Part shown: positions 1 to 10,130 of the stretch, piece after piece
Position numbering within the stretch: the stretch's first letter is position 1
How the letters are laid out: the number at the start of each line of letters is the position of its first letter
DNA from: Octopus sinensis
Lineage: Eukaryota
NCBI RefSeq assembly: GCF_006345805.1
Contig: NC_042997.1
Span: forward strand, 80,910,001 to 80,974,000
Length of the DNA stretch: 64,000 nt
Direction: 5' to 3'
The notes under the pieces: generated by a model
Databases searched by the model: none
The model's input: only the letters and a program-made list of their open reading frames with translations
Told to the model about the DNA's origin: nothing
Made by a program: the position numbers and the translations under genes

Positions 1-399
1 TTTTTGTCTTTTGTCAGTAAATGTTACTTACTATTTGTTTCTGTCTAGAGATCAAAGGAAATTACTATTCCCTTCAAATTTTGCTTTTGCAACCTGGGTA
101 TCAATGTTTTGAAACTGCTATTTTCCATTACATTTCAGATTCAATGTGGAGTTGCTGAAGCAGAAATATCATAAGAGCAAATATTCTGCTCAATACTGCA
201 GATTTATTTATTGGTTGCTTTACCTTGAGCATGTCTGTTAGTGGCTGACAATATGTGTATCTCTGATCATGAGCAGGAGTAGTGGGGGAACATTATAGCT
301 ATGTATTGAGAGGGGTTTTTTGGGGTTTCAATAAATGTAATAAAAGCAAAGTTTGAAGGAAATATTAGTCATTTTTCATACTTTATTGGGGTAAGCAAA

Positions 400-1000
400 T
401 AGGAAATGACAGTTGCTACTCAAGGACAAAAATTGTGTTACACAGTGTTATTAGAAAATATAACATCAGCTTACTAACAGTGAATATTTTCATATGAACA
501 TGAAAAAGTTTGATTTTAGTTGGAAATTTACCAAGTAACTGACTTAAAACAACATATGGTGTCAGACAAGGGCATGTTTGTCATTAACCAAGCTTCTGTA
601 ATATGCTTCTAGAAACATAATGCTTAAAGCCCTTGAGTCTTTTGAATAAAATATTAAAGTAGGAGGTAGAGAAGTCAGTATTTTTCATTTTTCCAGTGAT
701 ATTGATTTAATAGGAGAAAATGAAGACCTTAATGATCTAACAACATATCTTGATACAACTACAAGAAGATATGGAGTTGAAAAAAATGTTGAAAAAAAAA
801 TAATGATAATTAGTATATTCAAGAAGAAAATAGTCAATCAAGATTAAAATAACAGGGAAGGCATTTCAAACAAGTTTAAATATTTGGAAAAGATAATAAT
901 GGAAGATACAAGATCAAAGAAACAGGTAAAATATTAGACTGCAACAGCTACAGCAAAATGTTTGTAAAAATAAAATGATGACAACAACACCAGCAATAAT
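400..1000 (+). pseudogene. Degraded LINE (RTE-like) reverse transcriptase relic
   Basis: Manual translation gives RT motifs with stops/frameshifts: GVRQG (558-572), a degenerate FADDIDL (~690-715) and RRYG(M)E (~755-780). Confidence 0.6.
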
Positions 1001-1255
1001 AATTACTTTTTTTTAAGAGCAATAATAATTTCAACGGCACTTTATGGGTGTAAATCATGGATGTATAAAACCCTGAAAATGAGAAAAAGATCATTGCTTT
1101 GAAAGGAAATTTTATAAAAGGATTCTTTACATTCTCTCTTTTGAATATGGAACTCACTAGAATATTAGGAAAAACATTGTTGAGAAGAAACCACATGATT
1201 GTGAAACAAAATTCTCAACCACACAGCCAATATATACATATACATACATATAATC

Positions 1256-1520
1256 ATCATCATCATCATCATCATTTAACATCCATCTTTCATGCTGGCA
1301 TGGGTTGGACAGTTTGACAGGAGCTAACAAGCCAGATGACTGCACCAAGCTCCACTGTCTATTTTGGCATAGTTTCTATATCTGGATGCCTTTCCTAATG
1401 CCAACCACTTTACAGAACAGACTGCGTGCGTTTCACATGATACCAGGTCTGCTTTTGGCATGATTTTTATGGCTGGATGCTCTTCCTAATGCCAGCGACT
1501 TTACAGAGTGGACTGCATGG
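1256..1520 (-). mobile_element. RTE LINE 3' tail copy with (CAT)n end
   Basis: (CAT)n followed by ttaacatccatctttcatgctggcatgggttggacag...cttcctaatgccaaccac, the reverse complement of the 3' end of the RTE copy at 37172-38790; contains an internal partial duplication. Confidence 0.8.
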
Positions 1521-1904
1521 TACCTGGTGGTGAGGAGTTAGAATATGAAACTGGTGTCTTGTTGTAGAAGAGATATGTGATTACAACAGTAAGAGGGTGA
1601 GAGCTGGTGGCGATGTGCCAGGGCATACTCTCAGCGTATGGGGATGCGAATATAAGTGGGATGGTAGAAGGTTGCTCAGGGTGTGTGAATGAGGAGTTCA
1701 CATAAATGCAAAGATGGGGTTGGAGAGGGAGGAATGCAGTGGCTATTCAAATCTGAGTATATAGGGGGAAACAACAGGATAGCAATGATACAGTTGGCAA
1801 GGCAGGGAGGATGAGATTGGGCTGCAGGAATGAGGAGGGAGAGATAAGCATGGTGCATGAGGAAGAGGTGTACTTTAGTTTATTGGGGTAGGGTGTGTGA
1901 AAAA

Positions 1905-2670
1905 TTTTATTATCACATGTGGGTGGAACCTGTGGTAGAGGTAGACCCAGGAGACATGAGACAAGGTGGTGAAGCATGATCTTCAAACTTTGACCCTCAC
2001 AGAGGCAATGTCTAGTGACTGAGACCTTTGGCGATGTGCTCTGCTTAAGAGGACCCATCAAGTCAAGTGCACCTGTGCTGGTGACACATAAAAAAATCAA
2101 CCTTTGAACGTTGGGCCCCACGGAGGCAAAGTAGCTGAGTTCCTTTCAAGCATTGGGCCTCATGGTAGCATAGTGGCTGAGTTCCTTTCAAGGTTTGGGT
2201 CTGACAGAGGCAAAGTGGCTGAGTTCCTTTCAAGCATTGGGCCTCATGGAGATAAAGTGGCAGAGTACCTTTTGAATGTTGGCCACATGCAGATGAGATG
2301 GCTGACTTCCTTTCAAGTATTGGGCTTCATGGAGGCAAAGTGGCCAAGTTCCTTTTGCGTGTTGGGGCTCGTGGAAGCAATGACCAAGGCTTTGGCATTA
2401 TGCCATGCTTGAGAAGAAGACCTATCAAGCTGAACAAAACCACAGTCATGGCAGATACCAGTGTCATACAAACTGGTACCCATGCCAGCCCCATGAAAAA
2501 GCACCCATTACACTATCAGAGTGGTTGGCGTTAGGAAGGGTATCCAGCCATACAAATGCATGTCAAATCAGACTGGAGCCTGTTGCAGCCTTCTAGCATG
2601 CCAGCCCCATCAAACTGTCCAACCTATGCCAGTATGGACAATGGATGTTAAATGACGATGATGATGATAT
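1905..2670 (+). mobile_element. RTE LINE 3' end (ORF C-terminus plus 3' UTR)
   Basis: GTCGRGRP...VVKHDLQ motif, as in the ORFs at 37740-38120 and 45916-46419; ends gttaaatgacgatgatgatga. Confidence 0.8.
2104..2395 (+). repeat. 42-bp tandem minisatellite (~7 units) inside the RTE tail
   Basis: ttgg(g) recurs at 2111, 2153, 2195, 2237, 2279, 2320 and ~2362; unit ~ttgggcctcatggaggcaaagtggctgagttcctttcaagca. Confidence 0.85.
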
Positions 2671-2747
2671 ATATATATAATTATTATTATTATATATATA
2701 TATATATATATTATTATTATATATATATATATAATATATATATATAT

Positions 2748-2794
<47 letters not shown>

Positions 2795-2795
2795 A

Positions 2796-2834
<39 letters not shown>

Positions 2835-2983
2835 TAAGGGAATAAAATCCAAACTTACAAGGAAAAAGAATATATATAAAACACACACACACATACATAC
2901 ATACATACATACATATATACATACATATATATATACATACATATATATATATATATAAAGGTTTATATATATATATATTATAT

Positions 2984-3028
<45 letters not shown>

Positions 3029-3081
3029 TATGTATATATATATATATAGTATATAAATATATATATATAAATATATATATA

Positions 3082-3133
<52 letters not shown>

Positions 3134-3182
3134 ATTATATATATAAATATATATATATATATATAAATATATATATAAATAT

Positions 3183-3245
<63 letters not shown>

Positions 3246-3516
3246 CCAAAGAGGGTATGGACGCCGCTATATATATTATATGTAGAAAAATACAAACTGG
3301 GACAAGAAAGTAAAACATTTAGAAGACGATACAAAAAACGGACGGGACATTCGAAGTCTTCAATCTTCAGTCAAAAACCGGATCATCCTAGCAACAGCCG
3401 AAATTGCTAGGATGATCCGGTTCTTGACTGAAGATTGAAGGCTTTGAATGTCCCGTCCGTTTTTGTATCGTCTTCTAAATGTTTTACGTTCTTGTCCCAG
3501 TTTGTATTTTTCTACA

Positions 3517-3549
<33 letters not shown>

Positions 3550-3551
3550 GA

Positions 3552-3616
<65 letters not shown>

Positions 3617-3634
3617 CCCCACCATTTATTGATC

Positions 3635-3669
<35 letters not shown>

Positions 3670-3692
3670 ATATATATATATTATTTAAGGGA

Positions 3693-3723
<31 letters not shown>

Positions 3724-3760
3724 TATATATGTATTGTGCCTTTCAAATAAATAAAATATA
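2666..3760. repeat. Long interrupted (TA)n/(TATT)/(CATA) microsatellite tract
   Basis: Directly visible; source of the YIYI-type spurious ORFs. Confidence 0.95.
3281..3517. repeat. Near-perfect palindrome (arms ~114 bp, 9-nt loop)
   Basis: 3281-3394 (tgtagaaaaatacaaac...gatcatcctagcaa) is the reverse complement of 3404-3517, with about 4 substitutions and 1 indel; loop cagccgaaa. Confidence 0.9.
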
Positions 3761-3779
3761 TATATTATTTTATTTTTTT

Positions 3780-3990
3780 TATTCTTCTACTTGTTTCAAT
3801 CATTTGACTGTGGCCATGCTGGACCACTGCCTTTAGTCAAAGAAATTGATGCCAGGACTTATTCTCTGTAAGCCTACTACTTATTCTATCAAACTCTTTT
3901 GCTGAACTGCTAAGTTACAGGGGCATAAACATACTATCACTGGTTGTAAAGTGATGGCGGAGAGAGAAACACAGACACACATTCATATAT
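3780..3990 (-). mobile_element. SINE family 1, 3' half
   Basis: Reverse complement of the 3' half of the full SINE at 9692-10130 (tacttgtttcaatcatttgactgtggccatgctgg...). Confidence 0.75.
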
Positions 3991-4001
3991 ATATATATAT
4001 A

Positions 4002-4398
4002 CTAGCAGTATCGCCCGGCGTTGCTCGGGTTTGTAAGGGAAATAACTATATAAGCATTTTTAGAGAGTTATAGCCAAAAAATAGGAAAAAAATGCATTAA
4101 AAATGGAAAAAAAATTAAGGTAAATTTCTTTTTAAATCGTTGACACATCGTAGATATTTTTAGAGAGTTACTTCCCTTATATAATAGCGAAAAAAATGCA
4201 TTAAAATGGAAAAATATGATGGTAAATTTTTTAAAATCGTAGACTCATCGTAGACGCGCGCTAATACCCAGAAGGGCTCGATATGACTCACGACTATAAG
4301 ATACCCGGCTTTGGTTACACTGCACCGCAAAATGTGGGAGTAGTTAGGAATCTAAATCGTAGGAGACAGACACACAACTTCACTCTTATATATAAAGA
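4002..4398 (-). mobile_element. Non-autonomous Helitron
   Basis: On the minus strand it starts A|TCTTTATATATAAG (4398) and ends with hairpin CCCGAGCAACGCCGGG (4029-4014), an 8-nt spacer, then CTAG|T (4005-4001). These are canonical Helitron termini and A/T insertion site. It carries an internal ~110-bp direct repeat. Confidence 0.8.
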
Positions 4399-4503
4399 TA
4401 TAAGTCACGTAGTTATATACACATACTTTGTTATATACACATTCTTAAAAGAAAATGTTATTTTGAATACAACATTTATAAAGAAAATATTTTTTGGTTT
4501 TTC

Positions 4504-5270
4504 TTAACCCTTTCGTTACTATATTTCTGACCAAAATACACCCCTTATGTGTTTCAATTAATTTCTAACGTAATCATAAATTTAGTCTGGTTTCATTAAA
4601 CAACTATAACTTTTTTATTTATGAATATATTAATCTAATTTTTGGAAGATAATTTAGTGAAATGTTTTCAACCAATTCCATACTATAATTTTTGTCACAA
4701 AGTGACTCTAATTGCAGGTAGATACAGGTAAATTCAACAATATATAAAATTATTAAAATTTTGTTCAAACATCGCTATAGAAAATGGGTTATTAGCTAAT
4801 ATTCAATTGGGTATACAACAAAATTTTACGATAGAATTTGTTATTCTGGGTAACTTTCTGATACCCATAATAATATTTATGGCAAAATAGGCCTTAATTT
4901 CATTTAAGGTTGTGGGAAATAACAAACTATCCTTTCTTTCGTTTTGTTTACGTTTAGCGTAACGGTTCGTTTCTGCCGTAATGATTTTAAATAGGCTCAT
5001 TCGAAAAAGTAAATAGAAATAGTTTAAGGCTTTACTCTTCTGGGAAAGTCTGTGGCTTGGTGCAGTTTCTTCAGAAAAATCACCGAAAGAAACAGTTTTT
5101 AAATTTTCACTCCATTCAGGTACCAATTCATTTTCTTAATCGCTGTCGGATTCATTGTTTTCACTTTAATAGCTGCCAACTTGCAAAGACAAAGGAGGAG
5201 AAGGGTGATAGCGTGAGTGAAACAGTTCGCTCCGTTTGTGTGTGTGTGCGTTTGCGTGTGGTGTAAGCCA
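4504..5270 (-). mobile_element. piggyBac transposon relic (one terminus plus transposase N-terminal fragment)
   Basis: TTAA|CCCTTTCGTTAC terminus at 4504-4519; ORF 4803-5126 contains LFKIITAETNRYA...PTTLNEIKAYFAINIIMGIRKLP, typical of piggyBac (PGBD4-like) transposases. Confidence 0.8.
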
Positions 5271-5289
5271 CACTAAGAAAAACATTTGA

Positions 5290-5483
5290 CATATACACCA
5301 CAATGTGAGTTTTCTCTAAATTTTGCTTAATTGGGGTTGAAATTTTAAAAAGTGGACCTGGCACGACCCGATGCATTCTACTCTTAAAAATGCTAGGTAA
5401 ATTGTAATTGAAGAAATCCTATATTGTAGATTTCTATAAGATACAAAGGGAGGCAGATAAAATCTGCCTTTTATAATAAGAGA
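5290..5483 (-). mobile_element. Second Helitron-like 5' terminus
   Basis: Minus strand A|TCTCTTATTATAAAAG followed by hairpin AGGCAGAT-TTT-ATCTGCCT; resembles the 5' end at 4398. Confidence 0.55.
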
Positions 5484-5504
5484 TATATATATATATATAC
5501 ATAC

Positions 5505-5662
5505 ACAACAGGCTTCTTTTAGTTTCTGTCTACCAAATCCACTCACAAGGCTTTGGTCAGCTGGAAGCTATAATAGAAGACACTTGCCCAACATAGCATG
5601 CATTGGGACTGAATCAGGAAACATGTGGTTGGGATACAAGCTTCTTACCACAGTCACTCCAG
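5505..5662 (-). mobile_element. SINE family 1, 5' (tRNA-like) half, copy 1
   Basis: Reverse complement of 9692-9855; followed by a (TATG)n tract. Confidence 0.8.
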
Positions 5663-5666
5663 CACC

Positions 5667-5698
<32 letters not shown>

Positions 5699-5928
5699 TG
5701 TATGTATGTATGTATGTATGTATGTATGTATGTATGTATGTATGTATGTATGTATGTATGTATGTATGTATGTATGTATGTATGCATGTATATACACACA
5801 CAGATATGACAGAAGTAAATAGACACCCCATAAAACATTATTTCATGTTTATTTGAACATGTAAAGGTTTATATTTTTTATTAATTGACATTTTTATTAT
5901 ATTTCAGTCTATATGTGACTGTTTAATC

Positions 5929-6004
5929 ATGCCATGTACAAAAGGAGCCTGGGAACAATCTGAATTTCAAAGGGGCCATATTGTGGGTCAGTCTGAAGGT
6001 GGAC
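5929..6004 (+). pseudogene. Tc1-like transposase N-terminal stub (duplicated at 7201-7276)
   Basis: MPCTKGAWEQSEFQRGHIVGQSEGG resembles the Tc1 N-terminus (MP...ELS.FERG.IVG...G); similarity stops immediately afterwards. Confidence 0.5.
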
Positions 6005-6391
6005 ATAATGTAGTCCTTGATTTATTTGTTATTTTATGGGGGTCAGTATTATTATTGGAAGTTGGTCTAATTTTGGAAAAACAATTAATTTTACCTTTTC
6101 ATAGGGGGGTTGTTTCTATTTGTGATGCCTGTCCTAGCATTGCTTAGCTTATTAGTTTTGCTAGGGGTGGGTCATTATTGGGTCAACATGACAGCAGTTT
6201 TTATAATTATACCAGTTTTCCAAATCTTCCTCTCACACTCTTTGCACTCAAAAGCTATAGTCACCTACCCTATCCTCAGACAGTGACTCGGTGAACAGCA
6301 CATACCTATAAATAACAATACTCCACCTCCCACAGAGCACTAACCAACAAAAATTTATTTCAATCAGTTAACCAAATGGACCAAATGGACA

Positions 6392-6475
6392 GACCCTGAT
6401 GAAGCTGCACCGACAATATTGCAAAGTTGCACTTGCAACAGTGAGTAGTTGCTGCAGCAGAAACATATGTAGGTC
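6392..6475 (+). ncRNA. Type I hammerhead ribozyme motif, copy 1
   Basis: GACC-CUGAUGA-A-GCUGCA...UGCAGC-A-GAAA-CAUAUG-UA-GGUC: stem I GACC/GGUC, core boxes CUGAUGA and GAAA, 6-bp stem II, minimal palindromic stem III, GUA cleavage triplet (6469-6471). Confidence 0.7.
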
Positions 6476-6776
6476 ATTATAATATGATGTATATAACTAT
6501 AAAAAATTTTGTGGATGTACAAGTCTCCATACTCTTTTATTATTATTAACATTAATAATATACACTTCAGATAATTTTTACTCTCCAGTGAAGAGAACAT
6601 GGAATTACTTATTGGAAGAATTCACTGAGTGACTAACAACTAAATGCAGTCACAGACATTAAATACTGATCACTGTGGTTAGTCGCGCTAATTGGAACTT
6701 AACTGAGAGCTAATACAATATCCGCCCAGGTAATATATCCCTCCAAACTCACTTATATATATATATATATACATAC

Positions 6777-6934
6777 ACAACAGGCTTCTTTTAGTTTCTG
6801 TCTACCAAATCCACTCACAAGGCTTTGGTCAGCTGGAAGCTATAATAGAAGACACTTGCCCAACATAGCATGCATTGGGACTGAATCAGGAAACATGTGG
6901 TTGGGATACAAGCTTCTTACCACAGTCACTCCAG
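6777..6934 (-). mobile_element. SINE family 1, 5' half, duplicated copy
   Basis: Identical to 5505-5662 at +1272. Confidence 0.8.
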
Positions 6935-6938
6935 CACC

Positions 6939-6970
<32 letters not shown>

Positions 6971-7663
6971 TGTATGTATGTATGTATGTATGTATGTATG
7001 TATGTATGTATGTATGTATGTATGTATGTATGTATGTATGTATGTATGTATGTATGCATGTATATACACACACAGATATGACAGAAGTAAATAGACACCC
7101 CATAAAACATTATTTCATGTTTATTTGAACATGTAAAGGTTTATATTTTTTATTAATTGACATTTTTATTATATTTCAGTCTATATGTGACTGTTTAATC
7201 ATGCCATGTACAAAAGGAGCCTGGGAACAATCTGAATTTCAAAGGGGCCATATTGTGGGTCAGTCTGAAGGTGGACATAATGTAGTCCTTGATTTATTTG
7301 TTATTTTATGGGGGTCAGTATTATTATTGGAAGTTGGTCTAATTTTGGAAAAACAATTAATTTTACCTTTTCATAGGGGGGTTGTTTCTATTTGTGATGC
7401 CTGTCCTAGCATTGCTTAGCTTATTAGTTTTGCTAGGGGTGGGTCATTATTGGGTCAACATGACAGCAGTTTTTATAATTATACCAGTTTTCCAAATCTT
7501 CCTCTCACACTCTTTGCACTCAAAAGCTATAGTCACCTACCCTATCCTCAGACAGTGACTCGGTGAACAGCACATACCTATAAATAACAATACTCCACCT
7601 CCCACAGAGCACTAACCAACAAAAATTTATTTCAATCAGTTAACCAAATGGACCAAATGGACA

Positions 7664-7747
7664 GACCCTGATGAAGCTGCACCGACAATATTGCAAAGTT
7701 GCACTTGCAACAGTGAGTAGTTGCTGCAGCAGAAACATATGTAGGTC
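7664..7747 (+). ncRNA. Type I hammerhead ribozyme motif, copy 2
   Basis: Identical to 6392-6475 at +1272. Confidence 0.7.
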
Positions 7748-8025
7748 ATTATAATATGATGTATATAACTATAAAATAAATTTTGTGGATGTACAAGTCT
7801 CCATACTCTTTTATTATTATTAACATTAATAATATACACTTCAGATAATTTTTACTCTCCAGTGAAGAGAACATGGAATTACTTATTGGAAGAATTCACT
7901 GAGTGACTAACAACTAAATGCAGTCACAGACATTAAATACTGATCACTGTGGTTAGTCGCGCTAATTGGAACTTAACTGAGAGCTAATACAATATCCGCC
8001 CAGGTAATATATCCCTCCAAACTCA

Positions 8026-8067
<42 letters not shown>

Positions 8068-9691
8068 CTGACTATAATCTAAGAGATATCATGAACCTGA
8101 TTATCTGCTTCCTGATCACAAGCTCTCAGTAATTTGGGTTTTAACTCAAAACATTCACATTAAGGATAAATATGTATACACCGACACACACACACGCACA
8201 CACACACACACACACACATACTACATACAAATACATATACTTATATTCATATATGTACATGTATACATACATACACATGTGTGTGTATGTGTATGACACT
8301 GTGTTGTGAAAAGATGTAATTAATTTCAATATAGAGTAGTAAGAGTCATCAAACAGGCATTAATTGTCTGCATAACATAGTTATTTTCTCCTTGACAATT
8401 TATATTTGGATTTCATTGAGCCTGTTCTTTTAGTTTTCAAATTATACCCTTCACTGATCTGAAGATACAACAACTTGCACAAGTAGCTGCATGACTCTGA
8501 TTATACTTCAATATTGGACTTTCAGCTTTCTCAATCAATAGCTTGGTGATTTAAAACCTTTTGGATTAAATGTATGATTCTATATTCTCCAGTATGCATT
8601 TCATCAGTAACATTGTTTGAGATCAAGGTGACACACCTTCATTATCTTCACAAAGGTTTGTAAATTGATTTAATTATATCTCTCTCTCCCCACCCATATC
8701 TTGCTGTCTCTTTCTACCTCTCTCTTTCTCTGTCTTCATGAATATAGCCATCAGAAATAATTATTTTCTAATACTGCCACATGTATTTATTATAGCTTTG
8801 TGTGGTTTAAAACGTTTTCTTCCATTTGGACCTGAAAGCTTCTCTTCTATGAAGAGATATATATTCAAGTTATTCATTCAAATACTTACACCTCCAGCAA
8901 AGCTCTATTAGATTTATCATGTTCCTTTTATTTATGAGATCATCATTTATATGAAAAAGCCTTCAGTTCATTATCCTGTGCTCTATTTCTGTCAGCTTTG
9001 CTTCTAACATATCTTCAATCTTTATACATTAGTCACATTTATTCAGTTACAATGTTTTCAGATAACATTGATAGTTTTCATATCTTATGTTCTATACTCT
9101 CACTAACACTATATTCCTATTCACTACTGATATGGTAACTTTCAATCCTAATGTTCCATTTCTTTGAAATTTTCTTCCTGTCTAAAAGCCAACTATAACA
9201 TTGTTGACAGCACTTTACATTCCAACAAGTGCATTGATTTAATTAATCAATTCATTTTATTCCCATTGTCTTTAATTATCTTAGAGATCTGCCTATCACT
9301 CAACATTCCAAAATAGCAGAAATAATGAAAAGTATTAATAGTGAATTTGTATGGTTTAAGTTGTGGAATTGGCAAAAAATGAGAGAGAGAGAGAGAGAGA
9401 GGGTGATTACTAACTATATCAAGAACAGTCAAACATACAATGAATTTAAGAAAACAACTTGTCAAGTGAAAATTATGTATAATAATAATGCTGCAATAAC
9501 ACTTTATGCCAATTAAAAAATTAACAAAACAAAACTTCATGAAGAAACTTTTCAAGTTAGCAGTTTTTAAAGAAGAGTTCTATAGTTATCCTTCCATTTC
9601 TACTTCTGTTTCCATTCTTTCTTTCAGTATTTCTCAATATTTTTCAATATTTCTTCTAAATTTATTAATCTTTTAGTTGAAAATTTACATT

Positions 9692-9854
9692 AGGCGCAGG
9701 AGTCGCTGTGTGGTAAGTAGCTTGCTAACCAACCACATGGTTCCGGGTTCAGTCCCACTGCGTGGCACCTTGGGCAAGTGTCTTCTGTTATAGCCTCGGG
9801 CCGACCAAAGCCTTGTGAGTGGATTTGGTAGACAGAAACTGAAAGAAGCCTGTC

Positions 9855-9894
<40 letters not shown>

Positions 9895-10130
9895 TATGTA
9901 TGTGTGTGTGTGTATGTTTGTGTGTCTGTGTTTGTCCCCCTAGCATTGCTTGACAACCGATGCTGGTGTGTTTACGTCCCTGTCACTTAGCGGTTCGGCA
10001 AAAGAGACCAATAGAATAAGTACTGGGCTTACAAAGAATAAGTCCTGGGGTCGATTTGCTCGACTAAAGGTGGTGCTCCAGCATGGCCGCAGTCAAATGA
10101 CTGAAACAAGTAAAAGAGAGTAAAAAGAGA
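9692..10130 (+). mobile_element. Full-length tRNA-derived SINE family 1
   Basis: Head with A-box-like gctgtgtggtaag and B-box-like ggttcagtccc, central (TA)n(TG)n tract, 3' tail aagtaaaagagagtaaaaagagag; a second full copy lies at 44670-45078 (minus). Confidence 0.9.

Larger units (their letters stand above)
5485..8060. repeat. Tandem duplication, two ~1272-bp units bounded by (TA)n
   Basis: ORFs and sequence recur at a 1272-bp offset (5568/6840, 5929/7201, 6364/7636); the only difference I noticed is a 2-nt indel (ctataaaaaatttt vs ctataaaataaatttt). Confidence 0.92.

Noticed and set aside
1530-1900. Possible Penelope/GIY-YIG relic
   Set aside because: Purine-rich degraded sequence; I could not recover a diagnostic motif in any frame.
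2104-2412. 102-aa repetitive ORF as a novel protein
   Set aside because: It is the reading frame of a 42-bp minisatellite inside an RTE tail, with no ATG start or splice context.
3395-3470. Hammerhead in the palindrome (GAAA at 3400 and CTGAAGA at ~3428)
   Set aside because: Stems I and III cannot be paired around the boxes in any permutation I tried.
2610-3750. ORFs rich in YIYI/IYIY
   Set aside because: Translations of (TA)n; the same applies to the YVCM, HTYI, LSIY, poly-N/S/F and poly-I ORFs elsewhere.
8350-9680. Possible degraded LINE/Penelope relic
   Set aside because: Only a YEKAF-like fragment (~8950) was seen; too little to call.
9692-9770. tRNA gene
   Set aside because: A/B-box-like motifs are present but there is no cloverleaf, and the sequence continues into a SINE body repeated elsewhere in the window.
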